Shown here: positions 16,010 to 26,194 of the stretch, piece after piece
How positions within the stretch are numbered: position 1 is the first letter of the stretch
How the letters are laid out: every line of letters starts with the position of its first letter
DNA from: an uncultured Bacteroides sp.
GTDB lineage: Bacteria > Bacteroidota > Bacteroidia > Bacteroidales > SM23-62
Reading direction: 5' to 3'
Length of the DNA: 37,581 nucleotides
NCBI GenBank assembly: GCA_964642325.1
Contig: CAZXOJ010000003.1
Span: 1-37,581, forward strand
Notes under the pieces: model-generated
Told to the model about the DNA's origin: nothing
Databases searched by the model: none
What the model saw: the letters and a program-made list of their open reading frames with translations, nothing else
Position numbers and translations under genes: made by a program

Positions 16010-19000
16010 TTATTCGATCGGTGGTTCATCATCCTCCTGCACCCTACGAAGGAACATGGCTTTCTTTCTCGGATCTGAGAGTACATACAAATACGCCACC
16101 TCATCCCGCGCTGTTTTCATCTTCCGCTGGCTGGTTTTCTCCTCCTCTATGGCAAGGTTGAATTCCCTGTTGCTTGATAACACACTCATGACCCCCCTGG
16201 TATAACCGAAATAATACCAGTTACTTCGGTCAAGTCCAAGGTATATATCCACCAGGTCCCCGTTCCGCCGTTTAGTAAGCTCTATATACCCATCCAACTG
16301 CTTGTTGATCTGATTCCCGTTTATGCTACCCAGAGAGATTTTACCTTCTGACCTGTAGGACCTGGAAGCCTGGTTCCAGACCAGTTTCACATTGGTGATA
16401 AAGAGGGTATGATTCAGTTCAGGGACTGATGACTGGTATTTTCCGTAAAGTCCCAGTTCAGTCTGATATTTCTCCGCCCTATCCCTGCCAATCAAATCCT
16501 GGAGATTTTTTACATACAGCGGGGCCGCCAGATTAACAGCTTCAAGGCGAGGTGTAACGTTGATTTCAGATGCCATGATCTCGAATGCATCTTCTGACAT
16601 GAAATAATCCAGGGAAAGGGTTACATCTAACTCTGTTTCTTTTGTATTCAAATTATGCATGACATTTCCAACCGAAGATATCCTAACCTGTCCAGGCCTC
16701 ATACCCGTACTGATCTTACCTTCCCCGTTAACCACGCAATCATTTCTGGATAATCTCAATATGTTACCTGGGGGCCGGTCCGGATAACGGAGTTTTTCCC
16801 TGCTGGAAATACGGTATTCATCGCTTGGCCTGTCATAGTAGAGTATCCCGCTTGATGTAAAAACGTACTGGTCACGTGGTAGTCTCTTCCTGCTGAGAAA
16901 AGCCGGGTAAATAGACACTGAATCTCCCGCTATAAACAGGCCAGCATAAGTATAATTCATGTCTATATCAAATGGTTGCTCCGGGACTGGAATATACACG
17001 AAGGCAGGATCAATCTCTGACCTGAATTTCAGGTAGGTATCCTCATTGATATCGCAGTCGTGGATTAAACCGGCTCCGCCATTAAAGGTCAGGAAAGTTT
17101 CCCGAGCATACACTTCCACATTGCCCTGGAAGGAAAAATACGGACTCAACATAAAATACTGATCCTTACCTATGATTCCTACTGCCATAGTATTAATGGA
17201 ATCATCCACACTGATCTCATGAAAGAAAATGGACTGAGGTTCTCCTGTTTCATTCACATAATCATGATAACCTGTACCAGTATAGTTGTACTGCCCATGC
17301 ACCTGTACGGTGGCATTGTAAAAGCGGTGTTCTTTCATTTCACGGTTAGCAACGATACTTGCTTCTATCAGTTCTTCCATCACCCCTTCAGGATCAATGA
17401 CCACCTGTCCGTCGCCTGGATAGATGTAGGCATCTGCCACCCGGAGGAAGGTAACATTGGATCCCCTCAGGATGTTTCTGCTGTAATCATATGTGGCCCT
17501 GTTTGAAACGAAGCTCAGGGAATCCTGTTCACGATCGATGGATATATACCTGGGACCTACCATGATCTCTTCCCCGTATGCGTCTGTTTCAATATCAGCA
17601 ATGGTATCTGTCACTGAGGCAGAACCCATTTCAAGTTCAGTACGTTCCATATCCCACCTGAATAGATCCAGCCTGCTTACATATTTATTTTCCGGGAACT
17701 CAACCAGTGAGAAATCCTCATTGGTCCTGAACAGGCCGGAGAGGTTTTCGAAATCCACATGAGCATTGACATTATCCGTTATCAGGGTATAACCGTCAGT
17801 ATTTACTGATTTTAACCTGAATTCTGCCGTGTCAGCATTGAAAACATTGGCGGTGTAAGAGAAATTTTCGGAGTTCAGAACGGAATTGGTGAGTTCCATC
17901 CTGCCACTTCCCGATAAACCGGTAGAGGTTAGTGCAAGGGTACCACTGAAGGTGGTTGAATCGTTCAGAATGACAAAGGGATTGGCTCCTTCCTCAATAA
18001 GCATGGTATCGCGGTAAGGATACCAGACCAAATCATTCAAGGAGGAAGTTACCTGTGGATATTCTACACCTGTAAGCTGTTGCAGGATCTCAAATTCTGA
18101 TGTATTTGTGAACATGGAATCCGGGTGAAATACAATATCATCAGCTTTTCCATTTGATGTCAGGTAGGAAAACCGCCCCGCCCCCCGTAGTCCGGCGTTA
18201 CTCAAGGTGATAGAATCGTTATAATGTCCTAACCCACCATATAATCCCAATCCGGCTGAGTCAGTCATGTATTTGAATCCCAAGGAGTTATCTTCCTGGA
18301 TACGAAGTGTCTCCTCAATGGCTGGGAATACATTTGCCGATCGCAGGATCCCGTTCAGGTTCAGGCTGATCTGCGAGAAATTATCCAGGCTGTCAATGGC
18401 AAAAGGATATACTTCAAAGTAAAAATTCTCCCTTTCATAAACACCATTTTGTATTGCCAAATCATCATAATATATGAAGGAGTTCTTGGTACTGCTGAAG
18501 ACAGGATAACTGGGAATCTTCTTGCGTCCTGACTTATTATCAGGATTATCAATCAGCAGTTCACCTGTCATATCCTCAAGCATACTGGCAATATCGAGCA
18601 CAGATGTTTGTCCATATTGATCTAGATTCTCCGCTTTCACTTTCATACTCAGGGAATCGATATTAGTAAGCCTGATCTTAAACGTATCGTAGTTGAAATA
18701 GAAATTCCTGCCATAAAAGGTGAAAAGTCCCGCATCAATCACCCCATCAAAAGTAAAATCGCGGTTACTTCTCACGGTTATTTTCTGATTGGCTGGAAAT
18801 ATACTTACCGCTTGTGCATTACTCAACTGGATTTGCTTCACCCCATTGATATGAAGGTCATAATTTCTCAGATCCAGACTGGCATTTTCGAGTGGCGCTT
18901 GAGTCTCTGAAATAAAATTGATCACATCATAATCAATATAATCGACGCTGGCATAGATCCAGTCATAGGATTTTTGCCGCATAGTAACCCTGTCCCCCTC

Positions 19001-20500
19001 CAGGTCATAGGTTATAAAACCCATCTCCGCCAGCTGTTTTAACATCTGTTGAGCATGTGCGGGCCGCATGCGTGCAAACCTGGCAAACTCTGTTCCATAA
19101 AACGAGATGTCAAAGACCTGTTCAGAATAGCGCCTCAGCAGAACCAGTGGATTCTCCTTATCTATGCCCTGCAAGCGAAAATAGGTATATGCATCATACA
19201 GGTTTTCGGATTGAAAATTGGCAAGTCCAGATGCTCCTCCTTCACTCATCTTCAACTGTATCAAATTATCATCCAGCTGCCAGGAAAGTTGCTCGAAATT
19301 CATTTCAACACGGTGAAATGAGTTGTAATAGGGTGAGAATGATTGAAAATTTTTTGTCCTACCGGATGAGAACCGGTTCTCATCAACAATGTAATTTATT
19401 CCAATACTTGGATGATATATGGAATCATCATCCACATATAGAGAGATCTCTGCCTCACTCGAGGAGATTTTTTCCGGATCAAAAACGAAGACGTCAGAAT
19501 GAGCAACGATTACCAGGGTATCATTTCTGAAATAGTTCAATTTAGCTCTTTTATCTCCTATTCCAGCACCAATCATCTTGGAACCAAACATACTGATCCC
19601 TCCAGAATAATCAATACCTTCATAAATATCATCGAGTCGAAAACTGGCCTGGTATGATTCAAACCTGGGATAGTTGGCAGTGGCTTGTGAAATGATCCTT
19701 TCCACTTTATCATCAAGGCTGCCCAGGATTTCGAAATCAAAAAATTGTTTATGGTAAAAAGCTACTGAATCTGCATGAAATTCATAAAACCGAAAATTGA
19801 TTGTGTATTCATCCAGCCTCACGTATACCTGGTCCGGGGCATAACCCGCCCGCTCCCAGGTGATTCTACCACCATCACCACGCCAGGAATGGCTGAGAGG
19901 ATTATAAATCCCCCTGGTCCCGTATAGCATGATACTGTCTCTTACGGCATGACAGCTAAGATCTGTCTGTCCTACAACTACCCGGACAGAATCATCAAAA
20001 AGAAGCTGGAAATCAGCGTTGGAGGATGTCCATCTGGCACTTCCTGACTCGTATAAAATGCCGGAATTCAACAATTTCAAAGAGAATAAAAGATAATCAT
20101 TAATCACAGCCAGTGAATAATCACTGCTTGTGGTAAAGTGGTGCATGGAACTCAGCCAGTTCAAGTAGTTTTCAGCTGGCCCCAGGTACGAGGTGAAAGC
20201 ATTGATAACCTGTATGTAAGTAATGAAATGGGGCCGTGGTCTGGCGTTCTTATCCAGCATATTATTGGAAAGCGCAATCAGCTTTGCTTTAGTTGTATCA
20301 AGCATCATCCCGGCATTCCAGTTTTCAATGAATGTCTGAATGATCAGGGGTTGGGCTTCCTCATCACTTGTACCCATAAATGTTACCAGCTCTCCGGGAT
20401 AATTCTCAAGCTCTGTTGAAAATCTGCGGAATACGGCCTGCCCGAATAGACCGGAGCCAATCAGGATAAGGATTAAGGAAATCAGGATCCGCTGCTTCAT
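16010..20500 (-). CDS. Very large (about 1496 aa) exported or membrane-anchored protein of unknown function
   Basis: Continuous ORF. I prefer the internal ATG at 20500 (MKQRILISLILILIGSGLFGQ, a signal or anchor sequence). The longer form (to 20554) overlaps the prmA 3' end and adds a non-signal-like extension. No catalytic or repeat motifs recognised. The C-terminal ~60 aa are highly charged. Confidence 0.8.
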   Translation of the reverse strand: MKQRILISLILILIGSGLFGQAVFRRFSTELENYPGELVTFMGTSDEEAQPLIIQTFIENWNAGMMLDTTKAKLIALSNNMLDKNARPRPHFITYIQVINAFTSYLGPAENYLNWLSSMHHFTTSSDYSLAVINDYLLFSLKLLNSGILYESGSARWTSSNADFQLLFDDSVRVVVGQTDLSCHAVRDSIMLYGTRGIYNPLSHSWRGDGGRITWERAGYAPDQVYVRLDEYTINFRFYEFHADSVAFYHKQFFDFEILGSLDDKVERIISQATANYPRFESYQASFRLDDIYEGIDYSGGISMFGSKMIGAGIGDKRAKLNYFRNDTLVIVAHSDVFVFDPEKISSSEAEISLYVDDDSIYHPSIGINYIVDENRFSSGRTKNFQSFSPYYNSFHRVEMNFEQLSWQLDDNLIQLKMSEGGASGLANFQSENLYDAYTYFRLQGIDKENPLVLLRRYSEQVFDISFYGTEFARFARMRPAHAQQMLKQLAEMGFITYDLEGDRVTMRQKSYDWIYASVDYIDYDVINFISETQAPLENASLDLRNYDLHINGVKQIQLSNAQAVSIFPANQKITVRSNRDFTFDGVIDAGLFTFYGRNFYFNYDTFKIRLTNIDSLSMKVKAENLDQYGQTSVLDIASMLEDMTGELLIDNPDNKSGRKKIPSYPVFSSTKNSFIYYDDLAIQNGVYERENFYFEVYPFAIDSLDNFSQISLNLNGILRSANVFPAIEETLRIQEDNSLGFKYMTDSAGLGLYGGLGHYNDSITLSNAGLRGAGRFSYLTSNGKADDIVFHPDSMFTNTSEFEILQQLTGVEYPQVTSSLNDLVWYPYRDTMLIEEGANPFVILNDSTTFSGTLALTSTGLSGSGRMELTNSVLNSENFSYTANVFNADTAEFRLKSVNTDGYTLITDNVNAHVDFENLSGLFRTNEDFSLVEFPENKYVSRLDLFRWDMERTELEMGSASVTDTIADIETDAYGEEIMVGPRYISIDREQDSLSFVSNRATYDYSRNILRGSNVTFLRVADAYIYPGDGQVVIDPEGVMEELIEASIVANREMKEHRFYNATVQVHGQYNYTGTGYHDYVNETGEPQSIFFHEISVDDSINTMAVGIIGKDQYFMLSPYFSFQGNVEVYARETFLTFNGGAGLIHDCDINEDTYLKFRSEIDPAFVYIPVPEQPFDIDMNYTYAGLFIAGDSVSIYPAFLSRKRLPRDQYVFTSSGILYYDRPSDEYRISSREKLRYPDRPPGNILRLSRNDCVVNGEGKISTGMRPGQVRISSVGNVMHNLNTKETELDVTLSLDYFMSEDAFEIMASEINVTPRLEAVNLAAPLYVKNLQDLIGRDRAEKYQTELGLYGKYQSSVPELNHTLFITNVKLVWNQASRSYRSEGKISLGSINGNQINKQLDGYIELTKRRNGDLVDIYLGLDRSNWYYFGYTRGVMSVLSSNREFNLAIEEEKTSQRKMKTARDEVAYLYVLSDPRKKAMFLRRVQEDDEPPIE

Positions 20501-20528
20501 CACTGAAAAAATATAAACTTGCCTGAAA

Positions 20529-21374
20529 TTAAACAGCTTTTCTATAAACTGCAACCGTCCAATTGTTCATAACCTGTTTAACCACAAAATCCAAACCATT
20601 TCTTCCGGCGGTGTGATTTATCCCCTGAAGGTCATCTGAATAAAAACCGCTCAGCATCAGAATGCCGCCGGACCGGAGCCGGCCGGGGAATTGATCCATC
20701 AACCCGAGCAGCGAATTCAGGTTGATATTAGCCAGCATAACATCAAAAGTATGATTGCTAATAAAAGATAGTTCCTCCAGATGCGCCTCGATGTTAAGGC
20801 AGGCATTCAAGGCTATGTTTTCAAGCGCATTACGATATGCCCAGGGATCAGTATCAAGGGCAAATATGGTTTTTGCACCCATCTTCTCGGCCAGTATTGC
20901 CAGGATCCCCGTTCCACATCCAAGGTCAAGGACAGATTTCCCTTGCAGGTCCATTGTGAGCATCATCTGCAACATCCCGCGGGTCGTTTCATGATGGGCT
21001 GTCCCAAACGACATTTTCGGGAAAATTACAATATCGTATTCCACCCCCACAGGTGAAGGATGAAAAGGGGCCCTGACAAAACAATTTGAACTTACCTGTA
21101 CGGGTTGGTATTCACTTTCCCATATTTCATTCCAGTTCTGATCAGGAAGCATCCTGGCCTCCAAGGATTCAATCTTTTCATGCAATCCATACCTCTCAAT
21201 GAATGCCTTAAAGTCCACTTCATTATAGGATGGCGCAATGATGTATGCCAATATTCTTCCCTCCTCCTCCCTGAATCCTTCGAAACCATATTGGGAAAAC
21301 AATGCCAGAATAAGTTCATGTTCCGGCACTGACTGCCGGGTAAAGGTGATGTCAAGTTCTAAATATTCAGCCAA
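20529..21374 (-). CDS. prmA: Ribosomal protein L11 methyltransferase
   Basis: 281 aa. SAM-binding VLDLGCGTGILAILAEKMGA plus PrmA-type FGTAHHETT. TTG start 5 nt after the tpiA stop. Confidence 0.9.
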   Translation of the reverse strand: MAEYLELDITFTRQSVPEHELILALFSQYGFEGFREEEGRILAYIIAPSYNEVDFKAFIERYGLHEKIESLEARMLPDQNWNEIWESEYQPVQVSSNCFVRAPFHPSPVGVEYDIVIFPKMSFGTAHHETTRGMLQMMLTMDLQGKSVLDLGCGTGILAILAEKMGAKTIFALDTDPWAYRNALENIALNACLNIEAHLEELSFISNHTFDVMLANINLNSLLGLMDQFPGRLRSGGILMLSGFYSDDLQGINHTAGRNGLDFVVKQVMNNWTVAVYRKAV

Positions 21375-21379
21375 GGGTA

Positions 21380-22129
21380 TTAGAAGGATTGGACAATGGC
21401 GATAAAATCTTTTGCATTCAATGAAGCCCCACCAATCAGTCCCCCATCCACATCCGGATTCGAAAATAACACACTTGCATTGGAAGGTTTACAACTTCCT
21501 CCATACAGAATGGTCAGGTCTTCTGCAATAGCATCCCCGAACTTATCCCTGACCAGTTGGCGGATATAAGCATGCATCTCCTGTGCCTGCTCTGGTGTGG
21601 CTACAACCCCGGTACCAATGGCCCAGACAGGTTCATAGGCAATGATGATCTTTCCCATATCACTTGCATCCAGGTCAAAAAGGGCAATTTCTATTTGTGC
21701 TTTAATTACCTCAAACATTTTACCAGATTCCCGTTCTTCGAGTACCTCTCCGCAGCAAAATATCGGAATGAGACCATTTTCCAGGGTCATTTTTACTTTT
21801 TTATTCAGTAAGGCATTATCCTCACCGAAAATAGTCCTCCGTTCAGAGTGGCCTATGATCACATATTCTGCACCGGCAGACCTGACCATCCCGGCCGATA
21901 CTTCACCTGTAAAAGCACCATTAGCCTCAGCAGCACAATCCTGGGCGCTCAGCCCAACAACGTTTAAAACCCTGGAAACGGCTGAAAGATGTATAAAAGG
22001 AGGTGCCACGATAACACCTACATCCCCCTTGACCTGCTTTTTCATTTCATTTACACTTTTTGCCAGGTCAATACCCTCCTGGAGTGTCTTATTCATTTTC
22101 CAGTTTCCGGCTACAATTTGTTTTCTCAT
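21380..22129 (-). CDS. tpiA: Triosephosphate isomerase
   Basis: 249 aa. Motifs: [34 protein letters not shown]. Confidence 0.97.
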   Translation of the reverse strand: MRKQIVAGNWKMNKTLQEGIDLAKSVNEMKKQVKGDVGVIVAPPFIHLSAVSRVLNVVGLSAQDCAAEANGAFTGEVSAGMVRSAGAEYVIIGHSERRTIFGEDNALLNKKVKMTLENGLIPIFCCGEVLEERESGKMFEVIKAQIEIALFDLDASDMGKIIIAYEPVWAIGTGVVATPEQAQEMHAYIRQLVRDKFGDAIAEDLTILYGGSCKPSNASVLFSNPDVDGGLIGGASLNAKDFIAIVQSF

Positions 22130-22162
22130 AATTGAATAATAGTTATGGTTATAAAAAAAATC

Positions 22163-23245
22163 TTAAGCATATTGAATCCTGGGGTCAAGGTATGCATATA
22201 TCAGGTCCACCAGGATATTAATGACCACAAAAATAACAGATATCAGGATGACTGATCCTAGAACCAGTGGAAAATCATAATTATTTAAAGCATTTACGAT
22301 AACATACCCGAGTCCCTTCCATCCAAAAATATACTCCACAAAGATCACACCGGCCATCAGAGAGGCAAACCAGCCACTGACAGCTGTGACCAGGGGATTC
22401 ATTGAATTCTTGAGGGCATGCCGAAAAATGATCCTGGAAAATGACAAACCTTTTGCCCTGGCTGTACGAATATAATCCTGGCTCAATACATCCAGCATGG
22501 AATTCCTGGATAGCTGGACAACCACGGACAGGGGCCTGATTCCCAGGGTAATTGCCGGCAGCAATAGATTTTTAAGCTGCAGGTGGACGCCCTCTCCATA
22601 GGCATCCACTTCCATGATGTTCCCAGTCAGGTTTAATCCGGTAAAATCCTGAAGTTTATAGGCAAATAACCAACCAATAAGGATGGCTGCAAAAAAGGAA
22701 GGGAGGGACATACCAAAGGAAGAAATAACCAGGATGGAACGGTCATAGATCCCATCTTTCCGGATGGCTGCAAAGATACCGGCAGCTGTTCCAATAATGA
22801 AGGCAAAAAACATGGAGCAGGCAGCCAGCAGGAAAGTATTTGGCAGGGCAGTTCCCAGTATCTGTCCCACCTTCTCCCTGCTCTGAAAGGACCGCCCAAG
22901 ATAGGGAGCCTTCAACACAAGTGCCCTTGTTTCTGAGAACCTGACCAGTACCCGGCCGTTTCCATATTCCAAAGGATCGAGATATAAATAACTTTCCTGA
23001 TTCACAGGATCATGCAATGACAGGAAGGAAAGATCATTCAGGTAGTGCAGGTATTGCTGGTGCATCGGCCGGTTCAGTCCCAATTCCTCCCGTATCCTCT
23101 CCAGCGTTGCCTGGTCCGCTCTCTGCCCTACCATCATCCTGGCCGGATCCCCAGGAAGGACATGGAACAGTAGGAACACCACCGTGATTACACCCCAGGC
23201 TACCAGGATTCCATATAATAACTTTTTTAGCAAGTAAACTGCCAC
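22163..23245 (-). CDS. ABC transporter permease, Dpp/Opp (BPD_transp_1) type; no partner ATPase or binding protein nearby
   Basis: Motifs: LLKKLLYGILVAWGVITVVFLLFHVLPGDPARMM, EAA-loop-like YIRTARAKGLSFSRIIFRHALKNS. The start is uncertain. The longest ORF (GTG 23293) overlaps the upstream gene. GTG at 23245 or TTG at 23233 gives a typical permease N-terminus. Confidence 0.8.
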   Translation of the reverse strand: MAVYLLKKLLYGILVAWGVITVVFLLFHVLPGDPARMMVGQRADQATLERIREELGLNRPMHQQYLHYLNDLSFLSLHDPVNQESYLYLDPLEYGNGRVLVRFSETRALVLKAPYLGRSFQSREKVGQILGTALPNTFLLAACSMFFAFIIGTAAGIFAAIRKDGIYDRSILVISSFGMSLPSFFAAILIGWLFAYKLQDFTGLNLTGNIMEVDAYGEGVHLQLKNLLLPAITLGIRPLSVVVQLSRNSMLDVLSQDYIRTARAKGLSFSRIIFRHALKNSMNPLVTAVSGWFASLMAGVIFVEYIFGWKGLGYVIVNALNNYDFPLVLGSVILISVIFVVINILVDLIYAYLDPRIQYA

Positions 23246-23252
23246 CAGCCTG

Positions 23253-24497
23253 CTATTTATCTCTGTCCCATTGCGGTAAAAACAGATGCACACCTGCGGC
23301 GATCAGCAGGAACAGGACGATAAAGAATCCAAGTATCCGGTTCTCCGATGCCTTCCTGTTGTTTGACATCAGGGATGGCAAAATATCCTCAAACTCTTCA
23401 AGATCTGGAAAATCTCTGTATGCCCATTTAGCCAGGATGGTCCCCTCTTTTATCAGAAGGAGTCCTGGATTTGACCTTACTATGGTCTTCAGGGTGATCT
23501 CATCAGTGGTATGGAAACCAAAAGCAGGATCCAGGGTTTGCCTTATTTCCTCAATTTCCTGCTCTCCGGATGCTGTGGTACAATAGAATGAATGTCCTGC
23601 CTGTCCACACCAAGCTGCCAATCTGGAAGCATAGTTCAAGGCCTCCGTATCAGCGTCTTCAAGATGTGCCGCCACCAGTAAAAAACTATATCCTTCATCC
23701 GAAAGCAACGCGCTGGTTATATCAGTATCTGTCTCATCAACAATGGTAAAATCATGAATGGGGGGCTCATATCCTTTTTTGACCAGGATATGTTTTGAAT
23801 CCACGTAGGTCCAGGTAGTATCCTCCCATGGAAAATTGTCTTCGGTAAATTCTTCAACGGTCCCTTCTTTCTCGTAATAAAGAAACGATTTGATTTCATC
23901 CTGAGGGGCTCCTTCAGGCATACTCATTTTCTCTGGAATATATGTCCCAACGCTGTAAGGCCGGAAATCAAGCATAGGCAAATGACGGTAGGCATGGAAC
24001 TCAATGCCCAGGAAAACAAGGGTGAATACCATAAGTGCCAGCCATGAGAAAGGGGGAGTAAAGACATCTTTCCTGGAAGCCCTGAACCAAAAAATATGCA
24101 GCACGAATGGTATGAGGATAAGATTTTTGAAAAAGGTTTGCCAGTTGGTCAAGATGATAGCATCTCCAAAGCACCCGCAGTCCGAGACCGGGTTTGTGAG
24201 GGCAAGGATGAAGGTGATGATGGTAAAAAATGATATAAAAACCAGCACAGCCCAGACACCTATGCGGTATCTGAAACGGAACAGCAGGGAAACCCCTATG
24301 CTAAATTCCGCAGCAGCAAGGATGATGGCCAATACCAGTGCGAATGGTTCAAGGAATCCAATATTGAAAGCATTGAAATAATCAGTGAACTTATAGGTCG
24401 ATCCCAGCGGATCCACTCCTTTGACAAATCCACTGAAAATGAATACAATACCGAGGATCAACCTTGAAATAAATGATATAATATTTTCTGTTTTCAT
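23253..24497 (-). CDS. DoxX/MauE-like integral membrane protein with an extra soluble domain and a C-terminal TM helix
   Basis: 414 aa. N-terminal multi-TM region with SRLILGIVFIFSGFVKG and an NPVSDCGCFGD motif, typical of DoxX/MauE-type proteins. A ~200-aa soluble middle part (I saw no CXXC). A final TM helix (ILGFFIVLFLLIAAGVHLF). Confidence 0.7.
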   Translation of the reverse strand: MKTENIISFISRLILGIVFIFSGFVKGVDPLGSTYKFTDYFNAFNIGFLEPFALVLAIILAAAEFSIGVSLLFRFRYRIGVWAVLVFISFFTIITFILALTNPVSDCGCFGDAIILTNWQTFFKNLILIPFVLHIFWFRASRKDVFTPPFSWLALMVFTLVFLGIEFHAYRHLPMLDFRPYSVGTYIPEKMSMPEGAPQDEIKSFLYYEKEGTVEEFTEDNFPWEDTTWTYVDSKHILVKKGYEPPIHDFTIVDETDTDITSALLSDEGYSFLLVAAHLEDADTEALNYASRLAAWCGQAGHSFYCTTASGEQEIEEIRQTLDPAFGFHTTDEITLKTIVRSNPGLLLIKEGTILAKWAYRDFPDLEEFEDILPSLMSNNRKASENRILGFFIVLFLLIAAGVHLFLPQWDRDK

Positions 24498-24509
24498 AGG
24501 AGCTGATTA

Positions 24510-25208
24510 TCATGCACCAGCTGGAAACAACAAGTGCTGAATGGAAATAAATATTTCGTCCGGGGGAAGCATCTCTCCCTTTCTGTCACTGCAATTAATA
24601 ATCTGGAGGGTCGGTTCTGAAACAGCCAGATCAAGGTATACCTGCCGGACTTTTTGCTGAAAATCAAGGTCCTGTTCATGAATATCCTTTTTCCCGTTCA
24701 GGTAGTCACGGTCCTCCCCACTGCGTTCCCCTTGCAGCTTCTGTCTTGTGAACTGGAAGGGTACATCAAGGAAAATATTCACGTCAGGCCGAGGGATTTT
24801 ATGATACCCGTATTCAAATTTCAAAATCCAGTCCCTGAGTGCTTCCCGTTCATGGGAGCTTTCCAGTTTGGCACACTGGAAGGCAATGTTTGAAACCACA
24901 TAACGATCTGCTACCACGGTAATCCCCTCTGCCAGCCAGGTGGCTATCATTTCTCCTGCATCATGGCGGTTACCTGCATAGATGAGTGCTACCAGGTATG
25001 GGTGTACGGATTCCAGGGGGCCCAGATCGCCGCGGAGAAACCTGGCGACCAACTCACCATAATACCCTTCGTCAGTCCTCGGAAAATGAAGGTACTGGTG
25101 TTTGATCCCTTCATGTTTAAGGTAGGCGAGCAAGCGTTCAATCTGCGTGGATTTCCCTGATCCGTCTAGTCCCTCAATAACCATAAATTGATACCTGCCC
25201 TGCTTCAT
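24510..25208 (-). CDS. tmk: Thymidylate (dTMP) kinase family protein
   Basis: P-loop FMVIEGLDGSGKSTQ, DRY motif VADRYVVSN, LID-region-like QGERSGEDRDYL. I prefer ATG at 25208 over the TTG at 25217 used by the ORF track. Confidence 0.85.
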   Translation of the reverse strand: MKQGRYQFMVIEGLDGSGKSTQIERLLAYLKHEGIKHQYLHFPRTDEGYYGELVARFLRGDLGPLESVHPYLVALIYAGNRHDAGEMIATWLAEGITVVADRYVVSNIAFQCAKLESSHEREALRDWILKFEYGYHKIPRPDVNIFLDVPFQFTRQKLQGERSGEDRDYLNGKKDIHEQDLDFQQKVRQVYLDLAVSEPTLQIINCSDRKGEMLPPDEIFISIQHLLFPAGA

Positions 25209-25236
25209 TGAATTCAAGAAATACGGGAGTTTTTAT

Positions 25237-25244
25237 TACTTTTG
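25237..25244 (+). promoter_or_regulatory. Candidate -7 box TACTTTTG for folP
   Basis: Exact TAnnTTTG match 23 nt upstream of the folP ATG (25268), in the 59-nt divergent spacer between tmk and folP. Confidence 0.4.
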
Positions 25245-25267
25245 CCCAGCAAAACACCCTCCTGTAA

Positions 25268-26131
25268 ATGAGTCCTAAAGATACATTTTTTTCCCATAAG
25301 CAGTCCCTGAATATTGGGGGAGGGATCCTTGATTTCAAGCAGCCCCGGATCATGGGAATCATGAACATCACTCCTGATTCTTTTTACCAGGGAAGCCGCC
25401 TGATGGATCCTGATGAGATCCTTAAAAGAGCTAATGAGATGATCTCGGAAGGTGCTGACATACTTGATATTGGAGCTTATTCCTCAAGACCGGGATCGGG
25501 CGGGATTCCTATGGAAGAAGAGAAACAACGGCTGGTGATGGCCCTGGATGTCATTCGCCAATCTTATACTGACATGCTCATATCTGTTGATACTTTCCGC
25601 CCGGAAATCGCCAGCATGGCTGTGAATGATTTTAATGTCAATATGATCAATGATATATCGGGCGGAGACATGGATACGGGTATGTACGACACTGTGGCTG
25701 GTCTCCAGGTACCATATGTCATGATGCACATGAAAGGAAAGCCGTCGGATATGCAGGAACATGCCGATTATGAGGATGTGGTAAAGGAGATCATTCTTGG
25801 TTTCTCAGAGAAACTGGGGCAACTCAATAAACTAGGTGTAAACGATATTATAATTGATCCCGGCTTTGGTTTCGCCAAGACGATTGAGCATAATTTCCAG
25901 ATCCTGAAGCAACTGGAAGCATTTCACCTGTTTAACCAGCCCCTGATGGTTGGGGTATCGCGAAAATCCATGATTTACCAGGTACTTGGCAACCATCCTT
26001 CAGAAGCCCTTAACGGCAGCACAGTGCTGCACACCATAGCCCTTATGAAAGGTGCCAATATCCTGAGGGTACATGATGTAAAAGAAGCCCGTGAAACGAT
26101 CAAATTGTTCGGAAAAACATTTATTCAATAA
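25268..26131 (+). CDS. folP: Dihydropteroate synthase
   Basis: 287 aa. Motifs: PRIMGIMNITPDSFYQGS, ADILDIGAYSSRPG, ISVDTF, INDISGG, DPGFGFAKT, GVSRKS, RVHDV. Confidence 0.95.
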   Translation: MSPKDTFFSHKQSLNIGGGILDFKQPRIMGIMNITPDSFYQGSRLMDPDEILKRANEMISEGADILDIGAYSSRPGSGGIPMEEEKQRLVMALDVIRQSYTDMLISVDTFRPEIASMAVNDFNVNMINDISGGDMDTGMYDTVAGLQVPYVMMHMKGKPSDMQEHADYEDVVKEIILGFSEKLGQLNKLGVNDIIIDPGFGFAKTIEHNFQILKQLEAFHLFNQPLMVGVSRKSMIYQVLGNHPSEALNGSTVLHTIALMKGANILRVHDVKEARETIKLFGKTFIQ

Positions 26132-26163
26132 TCTCGTAATAACTTACGGCTCACAGATTTTAT

Positions 26164-26171
26164 TAATTTTG
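26164..26171 (+). promoter_or_regulatory. Candidate -7 box TAATTTTG for cdaA
   Basis: Exact TAnnTTTG match 24 nt upstream of the ATG at 26195. Confidence 0.4.
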
Positions 26172-26194
26172 TCATGCATTTCAAAATCTGACCC

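Noticed and set aside
20501-20554. 18-codon N-terminal extension of the giant ORF (MQFIEKLFNFRQVYIFSV)
   Set aside because: It overlaps the prmA 3' end. The internal ATG at 20500 gives a proper signal or anchor sequence.
24494-24679. 61-aa minus-strand ORF overlapping the tmk 3' end and the DoxX-like start
   Set aside because: It is out of frame and overlaps tmk, which carries clear kinase motifs. It has no motif or independent signals.
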